DNA of 53,506 bases from Desulfobulbus propionicus. Its GTDB lineage: Bacteria; Desulfobacterota; Dissulfuribacteria; Dissulfuribacterales; DYOW01. Position numbers and translations under genes: made by a program. The stretch covers positions 1 to 53,506 of the forward strand of contig DYOW01000004.1 in NCBI GenBank assembly GCA_020720325.1, written 5' to 3'. Within the stretch, counting starts at the first letter, position 1, and every line of letters begins with the position of its first letter. Below the pieces are notes generated by a model that was not told where the DNA came from, searched no databases, and saw only the letters and a program-made list of their open reading frames with translations. Below, piece after piece: positions 27,763 to 37,276 of the stretch.

Positions 27763-28506
27763 TTGATAATTGAAAAAAATCAAATATTCAGGGAAAAATA
27801 CAACGAAATAAAAGAGGGTGATTCCATTCTTACCACCCTCAACCTAAAAAAGACAGAAGAATTTATATTTATTGACCTCCTTGAAAGAAACATAACAATA
27901 TTTCCTTCAGCGCTTTCCCAACTTCTTACCCGTTCCAAATGTTTTCAGGCTGCTGTTTTTGATAAATGGATAATTCCAAACACCCGTATTATCAGGGATA
28001 AAAATGACATGCCCTGTCTTATAAACGATTACTGCGAAAAAAACATAACTAAAATAGTGACAAAATTAGACAGAAAAGACTGTGGCATGGGGATTAACCT
28101 ATGGAGTTCTCCAGAAGAGCTTAATAATAATGTTATTTTTGGAAATCCTGTTTTCCCTTTTATCGCACAACCCTTTGTTCCGGATTCCGTGGATGTCAGG
28201 GTTATAATCCTGGGTGATTACACTGAAAGTTACTGGAGGAAAAATTTCAGTAATTTCAGGCATAATCTTGCAATGGGAGGCAAAAGCGGGGAATTTAAGC
28301 TTGATTATCATCAAATAAAAATGTGTAATGAGATAATGGAACGCGGCAAATTTCCTTATGCCCACATAGACCTTTTAATTTCAGAAAACAAGACATATCT
28401 TTCTGAAATAAGCCTGAGGGGCGGCATTAAGGGAGCTAAAATCAATACCCCTGAATATCTTGAAAAAATAAATAAAATTGAACAGGATTTTAAGGATAAT
28501 CTTTAG
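27763..28506 (+). CDS. Short RimK-like ATP-grasp ligase
   Basis: VTKLDRKDCGMGINLW, DVRVIILGD, FRHNLAMGG and AHIDLL...YLSEISLRGGIKG follow the ATP-grasp/RimK pattern. TTG start 6 nt after the preceding stop. At 247 aa it seems to lack the N-terminal subdomain. Confidence 0.6.
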   Translation: MIIEKNQIFREKYNEIKEGDSILTTLNLKKTEEFIFIDLLERNITIFPSALSQLLTRSKCFQAAVFDKWIIPNTRIIRDKNDMPCLINDYCEKNITKIVTKLDRKDCGMGINLWSSPEELNNNVIFGNPVFPFIAQPFVPDSVDVRVIILGDYTESYWRKNFSNFRHNLAMGGKSGEFKLDYHQIKMCNEIMERGKFPYAHIDLLISENKTYLSEISLRGGIKGAKINTPEYLEKINKIEQDFKDNL

Positions 28507-28723
28507 CGCGCTGCAATATCTTAAAATAATTCAATAAAGTTATAATTAAAAAAAATGAGTGCGTCACTCAAACAAATTTTTTATAAATTTATTAACAAGC
28601 CATAAAAAATTAAAAAAATCAATCAAAGCTACAAAGCTATTTTTATTAAAGCAGATTAATTTTTTCCATATAATTACATTTCAATACCTTGCGAATTTTT
28701 TAATTTTATGTCATTATACAAAA

Positions 28724-29335
28724 ATGATTGGTATAATTGATTATAAAGCCGGCAATTTAACAAGCGTTCAGAGAGCTTTGGATCACATTGGTTTTTCATC
28801 TATTATAACCTCTGACCTTGACTCGTTAAGAAATTGTGACCGCATAATATTCCCTGGAGTTGGCGCTGCTCTTCAGGCAATGGAAGAGCTGAAAAATCTC
28901 GGGCTTGCGAATCTCCTTAAAGAAGAATTTGAAAAAGGAAAGCCTATTCTTGGAATATGCCTCGGCACCCAGATAATATTTACAAAAAGTGAAGAAGGCA
29001 ATGTTGATTGTCTGAATCTCCTTGAGGGTACGGCAAAAAAATTTACAGGGAAAAACATAAAAATACCCCACATGGGCTGGAATAATGTATTTTTAAGGCG
29101 AAATCACCCTGTATTTGCAGGTATTCCCGAAGATGCCCAGTTCTATTTTGTGCACTCGTACTATCCAGACCCTGACAAAATAGGATATGTCCTTGGCATA
29201 ACACGATATGACATTGATTTTGCATCAGTTATGGCCAAGAAAAATCTTGTCGCTGTGCAGTTTCACCCGGAAAAAAGCGGCAAACCCGGTTTAACACTCT
29301 TAAAAAATTTCTGTAATTGGGACGGCTCATGCTGA
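28724..29335 (+). CDS. hisH: Imidazole glycerol phosphate synthase, glutaminase subunit
   Basis: Start moved to the ATG at 28724 ([15 protein letters not shown]). GICLGTQ and VQFHPEKS motifs. Confidence 0.9.
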   Translation: MIGIIDYKAGNLTSVQRALDHIGFSSIITSDLDSLRNCDRIIFPGVGAALQAMEELKNLGLANLLKEEFEKGKPILGICLGTQIIFTKSEEGNVDCLNLLEGTAKKFTGKNIKIPHMGWNNVFLRRNHPVFAGIPEDAQFYFVHSYYPDPDKIGYVLGITRYDIDFASVMAKKNLVAVQFHPEKSGKPGLTLLKNFCNWDGSC

Positions 29336-30108
29336 GTAAAAGGATCATCCCCTGCCTTGATGTCAGGGACGGCAAAACAACAAAAGGCATAAAATTTCAG
29401 GATAATAAAGATATTGGCGATCCGGTCGCAATGGCGCGTTTTTATTATGAGCAAGGGGCTGATGAGCTGGTTTTTTACGATATAACCGCTTCTAACGAAC
29501 ACAGACCAATTATGATAGATGTTGTAAGAAATGTTGCCGCCCAGATATTTATCCCGTTTTCAGTGGGTGGCGGAATAAGAACAGTTGATGATATGCGGGA
29601 GGTCTTGCTTGCAGGCGCTGAAAAAATAAGCGTAAATTCTGCCGCAGCGCAAAATCCCGATATAATTTCCGAGGGCGCCAGGGCATTTGGCAACCAGTGT
29701 ATAGTCCTTGGAATGGATGTTAAAAAGGTGGAAAAATCCCAAAAAATTCCTTCCGGATATGAAATAGTCATACATGGCGGAAGAAAATACATGGGAATAG
29801 ATGCGCTCTGGTGGGCAAAAGAAGCAGAAAATCTCGGAGCAGGCGAGATATGCCTTAATTCCATTGATGCGGACGGCACACAGGAAGGCTATGAATTAAC
29901 CCTGACCGAACTCATAACAACAAATGTAACCATACCGGTTATTGCATCAGGAGGCGCAGGAAAGCCTGAGCATCTTGCTGAAGTATTAACAAAGGGAAGA
30001 GCGGACGCTGCCTTAATCGCATCCATGACACATTTCGGAACATATACTGTAAAACAAATTAAAGAATATCTCGACAGCAAAAACATACCCGTAAGAATGT
30101 GCTGGTAA
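29329..30108 (+). CDS. hisF: Imidazole glycerol phosphate synthase, cyclase subunit
   Basis: [12 protein letters not shown] start overlapping the hisH stop (ATGCTGA). [13 protein letters not shown] and ASGGAG motifs. Confidence 0.9.
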   Translation: MLSKRIIPCLDVRDGKTTKGIKFQDNKDIGDPVAMARFYYEQGADELVFYDITASNEHRPIMIDVVRNVAAQIFIPFSVGGGIRTVDDMREVLLAGAEKISVNSAAAQNPDIISEGARAFGNQCIVLGMDVKKVEKSQKIPSGYEIVIHGGRKYMGIDALWWAKEAENLGAGEICLNSIDADGTQEGYELTLTELITTNVTIPVIASGGAGKPEHLAEVLTKGRADAALIASMTHFGTYTVKQIKEYLDSKNIPVRMCW

Positions 30109-30117
30109 TGCTTATTC

Positions 30118-31299
30118 ATGATTCAGTCAGGCATTGAAGTCCTAAAAAAAGACCCTCCATCATCCTTAAAAGACAAAAAAATCGGGCTTCTCTGCAATCA
30201 GGCTTCAATAGATTCATCTTATAATTATTCATGGCAAATTATAAACTCTCTTTATAAAAACTCATTAAAGGCAATTTTTAGCCCTCAGCATGGTTTTTTT
30301 GCGCAAAAACAGGATAACATGAAGGAAAACAGCGACATTATGCTTGATGAGCTTAAAATTCCTGTTTACAGCCTTTATTCCAACACAAGAATGCCTGAAA
30401 AAAAACAGCTTTCCAATATTGACTGCCTTGTTGTTGACATACAGGATGTGGGTTGCAGGGTTTATACCTTTATATGGACAATTTATCTCTGCATGAAGGC
30501 TTGTAATGAGTTTGGAAAGTCCATGGTTATACTTGACAGGCCAAATCCCATTAATGGAGAACAGATTGAAGGCACAATGCTTGACACACGATACGAATCC
30601 TTCGTTGGGATGCTTCCCATTCCAATGAGACATGGCATGACTGTTGGGGAACTTGCCCTTTATTTTAAATTTCTTACAAAACTTGACAATCTTGACCTTA
30701 AAATAATAAAAATGCAGGGTTGGAAAAGGAATATGTATTTTGATGACACAGGCCTTCCTTGGGTTTTTCCTTCCCCTAACATGCCAAATCTTAATGCTGC
30801 GATTGTATATCCCGGTCAGGTTATTTTTGAAGGCGCTAATATATCCGAGGGAAGGGGAACCACGCTTCCATTTGAGCTTTTTGGCGCGCCTTTTATTGAT
30901 TGTAATTTTATATCAGGAGAAATTGAAAAAATTCCAGAATTATCAGGAATAATCCTGAGACGACAGGATTTTGAACCCACATTTAATAAATTTCATGGTG
31001 AGCTTTGCAGGGGTTTTCAGATACATGTCACAGACAGAAAAAAATATAATTCTTATCTTACATCATTATATCTCTTATATCTAATTAAAAAATTCCACCC
31101 CCAGGATTTTTCCTGGAAACAACCTCCCTATGAATATGAATTTAATAAGCTCCCCATTGAGATAATATTTGCGGATAAAACTCTATTTGAGATGATGGAT
31201 GGCAGACAAGATATAGATTTTTATTCTTTAAGCGCTTATCTCAACAGGGATGTGGCTGAATTTAAGGAAATCAGGGAAAACTACCTGTTATATCAGTAA
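30118..31299 (+). CDS. DUF1343 family protein (NamZ-like exo-beta-N-acetylmuramidase)
   Basis: VDIQDVGCRVYTF, LDRPNPINGE, PSPNMP and SEGRGTTLPFE motifs. Confidence 0.75.
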   Translation: MIQSGIEVLKKDPPSSLKDKKIGLLCNQASIDSSYNYSWQIINSLYKNSLKAIFSPQHGFFAQKQDNMKENSDIMLDELKIPVYSLYSNTRMPEKKQLSNIDCLVVDIQDVGCRVYTFIWTIYLCMKACNEFGKSMVILDRPNPINGEQIEGTMLDTRYESFVGMLPIPMRHGMTVGELALYFKFLTKLDNLDLKIIKMQGWKRNMYFDDTGLPWVFPSPNMPNLNAAIVYPGQVIFEGANISEGRGTTLPFELFGAPFIDCNFISGEIEKIPELSGIILRRQDFEPTFNKFHGELCRGFQIHVTDRKKYNSYLTSLYLLYLIKKFHPQDFSWKQPPYEYEFNKLPIEIIFADKTLFEMMDGRQDIDFYSLSAYLNRDVAEFKEIRENYLLYQ

Positions 31300-31340
31300 A
31301 AAAATCAATCTGACTTGCCAGTTCAAATATTTTCGGAAGA

Positions 31341-31865
31341 TTATTTTATCCCCAGTTCCTTTTTTATAACAGGCTCTATTTCTTCAATGGTTATGGGACC
31401 ATTAATCTTTTTAATAATTTTATGTTCTTTATTTAATAAAAATGTTACCGGAAGAGCAAAAACATTGTCATAATCCCTAACAACCTGTCTGTTTGCCTTT
31501 AACACCGGAAAATTAATCTTTAAGGCCTTTACAAAGGAAGGGATAATCCTGTCATATTCAGTATCCACTGATATCGCCACAACATTAAAACCTTTATTGC
31601 CATATTTTTCCTGAAGACTGATAAAATCAGGCATTTCTGCGCGGCAGGGAGGACAATATGTTGCAAAAAAATTTACAAGAACCATTTTTTCTTTAAAATC
31701 AACAAGGCTTATTGTCTGATCGTCATAATTTTTTAATGTAAAGGATTTTGCATCACGTAACTCCGCGCAATAAACACTATTCGTTAATAAAAAAACTGAT
31801 AGAAAAAGAAAAATAATTTTTCTAAAATACATTAATAAACCTCTTTGTTTGATAATTTTTTGCAA
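31341..31865 (-). CDS. TlpA/ResA-like periplasmic thiol-disulfide oxidoreductase
   Basis: Signal peptide and a thioredoxin-fold CPPC site (FFATYCPPCRAEMP). Confidence 0.8.
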   Translation of the reverse strand: MQKIIKQRGLLMYFRKIIFLFLSVFLLTNSVYCAELRDAKSFTLKNYDDQTISLVDFKEKMVLVNFFATYCPPCRAEMPDFISLQEKYGNKGFNVVAISVDTEYDRIIPSFVKALKINFPVLKANRQVVRDYDNVFALPVTFLLNKEHKIIKKINGPITIEEIEPVIKKELGIK

Positions 31866-31979
31866 TTTTACTATGAAAAAAGCAATCTTTAAAGCAAAAA
31901 TATAGTTTATAAATTATATAAAAATATAATCTATTTGGGTGAAAATTCAACCTCAGATAAAAGAAGAAAAAAGCAGATT

Positions 31980-32315
31980 TTATAACATTGCCAGTAATTC
32001 ATTAAAACCAAATGGTTTTCTCAATAATTTTGTATCCTGCATAACCATATCTTCAGAATAAATATGACCAGAAATAAAGATTATGCGGGTATTTTTGTTT
32101 ATTTTTTTTATTTTTTTCCCAAGTTCAATACCGTTTATTCCTGGGAGATTAATATCAAGAATGGCTATATCAGGCTTTTTCTCCTGAAATACCCTTAGCG
32201 CTTCCAGCCCATCAAAGGCTTTGTGCACATAATATCCCTTGCTTTCCAAAAAGTCGCCCAGAAGTGAAACAATCATCTGCTCATCATCAACAAGAAGAAG
32301 TTCTTTTTTATCCAT
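31980..32315 (-). CDS. Stand-alone response-regulator receiver domain
   Basis: LLVDDE..., phospho-acceptor D in AILDINLPG, and a conserved K in LRKPF. Confidence 0.8.
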   Translation of the reverse strand: MDKKELLLVDDEQMIVSLLGDFLESKGYYVHKAFDGLEALRVFQEKKPDIAILDINLPGINGIELGKKIKKINKNTRIIFISGHIYSEDMVMQDTKLLRKPFGFNELLAML

Positions 32316-32385
32316 TTTTCCCTTTTAAACCTAATCCCCTTGAATACTTGTCTTATTTTTATCAGACTAAATTATTTTGTCAAGA

Positions 32386-33858
32386 CTAAAAGTTGGCTTT
32401 TGGTAATTTGATTATAAAAGTTGTGCCTGTGCCCTCCTGAACTTCAAAAGAAATTTCACCTCCCGCATTTTGAATAATCCCGTAACTTATGCTAAGGCCA
32501 AGACCTGTGCCCTGACCAATATCCTTTGTTGTAAAAAATGGTTCAAATATATTATCCCTTATTTTTTCAGGGATTCCCCCGCCTGTATCTGAAAACTTGA
32601 TTTCTATATAATTATTTTCTATAAGTTTGGCATCAATGGAAAATATCTTTTCTTTATCAATAGGATTTTTTTCCATAGCATCCCTTGCATTGCTTATAAT
32701 ATTAAGAAAAACCTGTTCAATTTGCATTTTGTCTGCATTAATAAAAATCGATTCCCGGGGAAGATTCATCTCTATTTTTATCCCAATATTTTTAAGCTGC
32801 TGCGCCACAAACATAAATGTATCTTCCAGCGCTACTTTAAGGTCAAATATAGTAAGGTTTAAATTTTCAGATTTTCTTGCAAATACCCTGAGGTGATCAA
32901 TAATCCTTTTAATTCTTTCAATCTGCATCTCAATCTTTAAAAGATCTGCCTGCACGCTATTATCAACTTTTTGAATCATACCCTCGTCTGATTTTAGAAT
33001 AATAGACTGGGAAATAAATTTTATGATGCTTAAAGGCTGGTTAATTTCATGGGCAATGCCAGTCGCCATTTCACCAAGACTTGCAAGTTTCGCTGATTGC
33101 ATGAGCTGGGCCTGAGTATGTTTCAGCTCCATGATTCTTTCCTGAACCTCTTTTTCCAACGACTCGGTATGATTTTGTATTATCTCTGACATTTCATTGA
33201 AACAGTCGCATAATACCCTAAATTCATCATCCTCCATGTATTGAATTCTTGTTGAATAATTTTTATTTTTTGATATCTGCTTCATTGAATCATTCAAATA
33301 AAAAATTGGTTTAAGAATGACCTTGCTTAGCCTTGAAAAATATTTATAGCCCAAAAAAATAGAAATCATAAATATAAACAAGATCAGGGATAACTTTATC
33401 AGGAGCTGTTTATAAAAACCTCCAACGTCTGCGACAAAGTAAAGACTACCAAGATAATCATCCTTAAAATATATGGGATATATCATGTTAAAATACAAAT
33501 TATCAAAATGATAATTAATTGTGTTAAGATTATCAGGAACAGACAGCTTAATGTTATTATTTTTATGATTGTATTCCGCAAATATTTTTTTATCAGGCGT
33601 AATTACAAGCGCCTTCTCAATATTTTCAACATGCGAAAAAGATCGTAATATATCTTCAGTTGCCTTTTTGTCCTTGAATAATAATGTCGCTGAACAATTA
33701 TGGGCAATAAGCTGGGCATTTACTTTTAAATGATGTATAATAAAATCCCTGTAAACATCTATCTGCAAGAAAAAAACCGCCAGACTTATAAAAAAGTACA
33801 TACCCAGCGCCGAGATAAAAAAATTCTTTTTCAATTTTTTAAATATTGTTTTTTTCAT
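32386..33858 (-). CDS. Membrane sensor histidine kinase
   Basis: Two TM segments flank an extracytoplasmic domain. HAMP-like linker, H-box GIAHEINQPL, and N/G boxes (NARDAM, DTGGGI, GTGLGLS). Confidence 0.85.
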   Translation of the reverse strand: MKKTIFKKLKKNFFISALGMYFFISLAVFFLQIDVYRDFIIHHLKVNAQLIAHNCSATLLFKDKKATEDILRSFSHVENIEKALVITPDKKIFAEYNHKNNNIKLSVPDNLNTINYHFDNLYFNMIYPIYFKDDYLGSLYFVADVGGFYKQLLIKLSLILFIFMISIFLGYKYFSRLSKVILKPIFYLNDSMKQISKNKNYSTRIQYMEDDEFRVLCDCFNEMSEIIQNHTESLEKEVQERIMELKHTQAQLMQSAKLASLGEMATGIAHEINQPLSIIKFISQSIILKSDEGMIQKVDNSVQADLLKIEMQIERIKRIIDHLRVFARKSENLNLTIFDLKVALEDTFMFVAQQLKNIGIKIEMNLPRESIFINADKMQIEQVFLNIISNARDAMEKNPIDKEKIFSIDAKLIENNYIEIKFSDTGGGIPEKIRDNIFEPFFTTKDIGQGTGLGLSISYGIIQNAGGEISFEVQEGTGTTFIIKLPKANF

Positions 33859-33869
33859 AACTCTTCTTT

Positions 33870-34412
33870 TTAGTCTTTCTTTTTTATCAGTTTTGCCAGA
33901 TTCAAGAGTCTTGGGTCAATTACCAAACCAGACTTTTTAACAGCTTCTACATTTATCTCAAAGCGTATTTTTTCGTTTTCAATATAAAAATTCAGAACAA
34001 CACCCTGATCTAATGAATCTGGACTTTCTGTGATTGTGAAAATAGGATAATGATTGATAATTTCCAAAATTTTAGGCAGGTCTTTGTTAAAATTCATGGG
34101 AACAAAAAGCACATTGCAAGATTTTATGCCGTCATCAATTTTTTTTTCAGAAATAATAATTATTTTTCCGTCAATATTTCTTTCAGCAAGTTTGTGGATA
34201 GTTTTTCCAAATGGATTTTCACCTGCGATACAGATTTCAATGGAGTCTTTTTGATTAATTCCGGGAAAAGAAACAAAATTCAAAAAATTGTGGATATAGG
34301 AAGCCTTTAATACATATTCTTCGGCAATAGTAAATGAACTGGCAGGTCTTGCTATTATAAAAAAAAATAAGAAAAAAAGAAAATAAAATTTATGTTTTAA
34401 AAATCTTATCAT
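33870..34412 (-). CDS. YfiR/DUF4154-family periplasmic protein
   Basis: Signal peptide, KASYIHNFLNFVSFP motif, ~180 aa, directly upstream of a sensor kinase. Confidence 0.65.
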   Translation of the reverse strand: MIRFLKHKFYFLFFLFFFIIARPASSFTIAEEYVLKASYIHNFLNFVSFPGINQKDSIEICIAGENPFGKTIHKLAERNIDGKIIIISEKKIDDGIKSCNVLFVPMNFNKDLPKILEIINHYPIFTITESPDSLDQGVVLNFYIENEKIRFEINVEAVKKSGLVIDPRLLNLAKLIKKKD

Positions 34413-34730
34413 TTAATGATTATTACTTCCCGGATTGCCTGACATAGTTTAATTATAGCGGAGATAATACAAATTAAAATAATATTTTTTGTTATAATAT
34501 ATAACTATTTCCCCAAAAACAACCCTTATTTGCTTTATCGTAACATTATACAGATTGTAAAAAAAAACTTAAAAATATTTTCGGGAAAAATAAAATAAAA
34601 ATAAAAAATTTGTTTTTAATGAAGACATGAGAAAAAAGCGCTATTGCCTGAGAGTTAAATAAAAATATAGGGGCTAAGGAACGACCTATAAAAAAAAGAC
34701 ATTCTATAAAAAAGAATTTTAATTAAGGGT

Positions 34731-34817
34731 AGCTCTAAAGTTGCTTCGTTATCGCTCGCAATGACGGACATTGTCATTGCGAGGAACATTGTGGAGAAGC
34801 AATCTAATTTTTAGAGG
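34731..34817. repeat. REP-like long hairpin element, copy A
   Basis: TTGCTTCG..GCTCGCAATGAC - loop - GTCATTGCGAGGAAC..GAAGCAA, with extra outer pairing CTCTAAA/TTTAGAG. Homologous to 46515-46585. Confidence 0.7.
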
Positions 34818-34858
34818 TTGCCTAAAAATATCATGTTTTTTGATTTATACAATGATTT

Positions 34859-36070
34859 TTATTTAACAGTTGAAGCCATTTCAAATATTGGCAGATACAT
34901 TGCTATAATTATTGTTCCTACAGTTCCTCCCAGGAAAACAACCATCATAGGCTCAATAGCAGCGGTAAGCGCATCGACAGCGGCATCAACCTCTTCATCA
35001 TAAAAGTCAGCCACTTTATTTAACATTGTATCAAGCGCTCCGGTTGATTCACCCACAGCCACCATTGATACAACCATAGGAGGAAACACAGAGCTTTCAT
35101 GAAGTGGCTGGGAAATAGATCTTCCCTCAGACACACTTTTTTTCACTTCATACATAACATTTTCAACAACCTTATTTCCAGCTGTTCCTGCTGCTATATT
35201 AATTGTATCTATAATTGAAACACCGCTTGTTATAAGTGTGCCCATTGTTCTTGCAAATTTTGCCACAGCAACCTTTCTTAAAAGAGAACCAAAGACAGGC
35301 AATCTTAACATTATCCTGTCAACAATTAATTTTCCCTGAGGAGTTGCGTTAATTTTTTTAAATACAAAACTTAAAATAACAAAACCAATAACTATTGCCA
35401 CAAAATATGTCTTTAAAAAATTACTAATATTAATAACAAATTGTGTTGGTCCAGGCAATGCTGTGCCACTCTCAGAAAACATCTTGGCAAAGACAGGGAT
35501 AACAAAAACCATAATAATTGTTAATACAATTACGGATATTGCAAGAACAATTATAGGATAAGTCAATGCGCCTTTAACCTTTCTTTTTAGTCTCTGCGCC
35601 TTTTCCATATAAGCTGCAAGCCGGTTCATAACACCATCAAGGATACCGCCAAGCTCACCAGCGGCAATCATATTTACATAAAGTCTGTCAAATAATTTAG
35701 GATGCTTTTTCATAGCCTCGGCAAGGGTTGATCCGCTTTCAACATCCTGCTTTATTTCTTTTAATAACTTTCCAAAATAGGGATTTTCCTGCTGATTCGC
35801 CTGTACTTCAAGGGCCTGAACAATGGGGATGCCGGAATTAATAAGGGTTGCAAACTGACGTGTAAAAAGAACCCTGTCTTTCTCTGTTACACTGGGGGTT
35901 AAAAACGGAAGTCTTTCCTGAAGAGATTTCCCTTTTTCTTTTATTGAAACAGGATTTATCCTTTGTCTAATAAGCAACTGCCGGACAACATTTGCATCAC
36001 TGGCTTCAACTTCACCTTTAGTTTTGGCGCCCTGAGGAGTTACGCCTTTCCATACAAAGATTTTCATCAA
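34859..36070 (-). CDS. pilC: Type IV pilus / type II secretion platform protein (PilC/GspF family)
   Basis: Two GspF repeats (FTRQFATLINSGIPI... and FARTMGTLITSGVSI...), three TM regions, 403 aa. Confidence 0.85.
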   Translation of the reverse strand: MMKIFVWKGVTPQGAKTKGEVEASDANVVRQLLIRQRINPVSIKEKGKSLQERLPFLTPSVTEKDRVLFTRQFATLINSGIPIVQALEVQANQQENPYFGKLLKEIKQDVESGSTLAEAMKKHPKLFDRLYVNMIAAGELGGILDGVMNRLAAYMEKAQRLKRKVKGALTYPIIVLAISVIVLTIIMVFVIPVFAKMFSESGTALPGPTQFVINISNFLKTYFVAIVIGFVILSFVFKKINATPQGKLIVDRIMLRLPVFGSLLRKVAVAKFARTMGTLITSGVSIIDTINIAAGTAGNKVVENVMYEVKKSVSEGRSISQPLHESSVFPPMVVSMVAVGESTGALDTMLNKVADFYDEEVDAAVDALTAAIEPMMVVFLGGTVGTIIIAMYLPIFEMASTVK

Positions 36071-36216
36071 TACCTCCCGTTTTTTTTCTTAATAACTAAT
36101 TTCTTTTCGTTACTTTAGAAAGTCCACTGTAATTTTTAAAACATATTTCACACACAAATAAAAAGATTTTACTGTAAATATTATAATAGAAATTTTTTTC
36201 TATTACAAGCATAAGT

Positions 36217-36963
36217 CTAAGAGGTTAATTTATTGTTAAGTTTATATTTATAAACTATCAGAAAAAATTCAAATAACAATATGATTGTTATAAAAAACAA
36301 AAACTGCAGAAAAAAATCCCCGGGTAGCATTATTAAAATCAACAAATAAATACCAGGGTATATTTTTTTTCTGTTTTTTATAAAAAAATCCCTGCTTATT
36401 AGTTCTGTCTTTAATAATAAAAACATAATTAATGGCATTTCAAAAAAAATTCCGGAGAAAAAAACTGTCTTTAATGTAAATGACATACAGTTTTGAAGCC
36501 TCGGCAAAAATTCCGTGCCTTCCCAGATTAAACCTGATGAAAAACCAACGGTAAAGGGAATAAAAAAAAACCAGGCAAAAGCCCCCCCTGCCCAGAAAAG
36601 CCCAAAAGTTAGAGGCATAAATAACTTAAAAAGCCTTTTTTCCTTCTCATACAAACCGGGAGCTACAAAAAGCCATATCTGATAAATTATAAAAGGCATT
36701 GAAATAATAAGAGACCACCAGATAGACATCTTTATGTGGGTCATAAATCCCTCGGTAAGCGCTGTAAAAATAATGGGACTTTCTGCGGGTATGTTATTCT
36801 TAACAGGCAAAAAACTTATGGAGAAAACAAAATCAGCAAAAGGCATAAGCAAAACAAAAACAATAAAAACAAAGGCAAAAATATATATTAAGCGTGTCCT
36901 TATTTCTCTTAGGTGTTTATGAAAAGGTATTTCCATTTCATTTACTATCGTCCTTTTTTTCAT
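36217..36963 (-). CDS. tatC: Twin-arginine translocase subunit TatC
   Basis: HLREIRTRLIY N-terminal motif, six TM helices, ~248 aa, adjacent to a TatA/B-family gene. The start could instead be the ATG at 36936. Confidence 0.85.
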   Translation of the reverse strand: MKKRTIVNEMEIPFHKHLREIRTRLIYIFAFVFIVFVLLMPFADFVFSISFLPVKNNIPAESPIIFTALTEGFMTHIKMSIWWSLIISMPFIIYQIWLFVAPGLYEKEKRLFKLFMPLTFGLFWAGGAFAWFFFIPFTVGFSSGLIWEGTEFLPRLQNCMSFTLKTVFFSGIFFEMPLIMFLLLKTELISRDFFIKNRKKIYPGIYLLILIMLPGDFFLQFLFFITIILLFEFFLIVYKYKLNNKLTS

Positions 36964-37273
36964 CTTTTTCCATAGGCTTCCAACCTTCCATATCAGGCTT
37001 TAAGCCGTCATTAACAGGACTATATATATCCTTAAACTTTTCCTCAAGTTCCTTTTTGGGGTCAATATTAATCTGATCTTTGATATCTTTTAATTTATTT
37101 AAATCTTCACCCATGTCTTTGTCAAACTCATTCTTGAAATCTTCAGCAGTTTTTTTGAGCTGCATGACAAATTTAGCCATTTGTTTTGCAACCTCTGGAA
37201 GTTTATCCGGGCCAAGCACAATAAGAGCGACAATAAATATAAATATCAATTCAGGAAAACCAATTCCAAACAT
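36938..37273 (-). CDS. tatB: TatA/TatB-family Sec-independent translocase protein (TatB-like)
   Basis: MFGIGFPELIFIFIVALIVLGPDKLPE followed by an amphipathic, charged tail. Confidence 0.75.
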   Translation of the reverse strand: MFGIGFPELIFIFIVALIVLGPDKLPEVAKQMAKFVMQLKKTAEDFKNEFDKDMGEDLNKLKDIKDQINIDPKKELEEKFKDIYSPVNDGLKPDMEGWKPMEKDEKKDDSK

Positions 37274-37276
37274 ACT

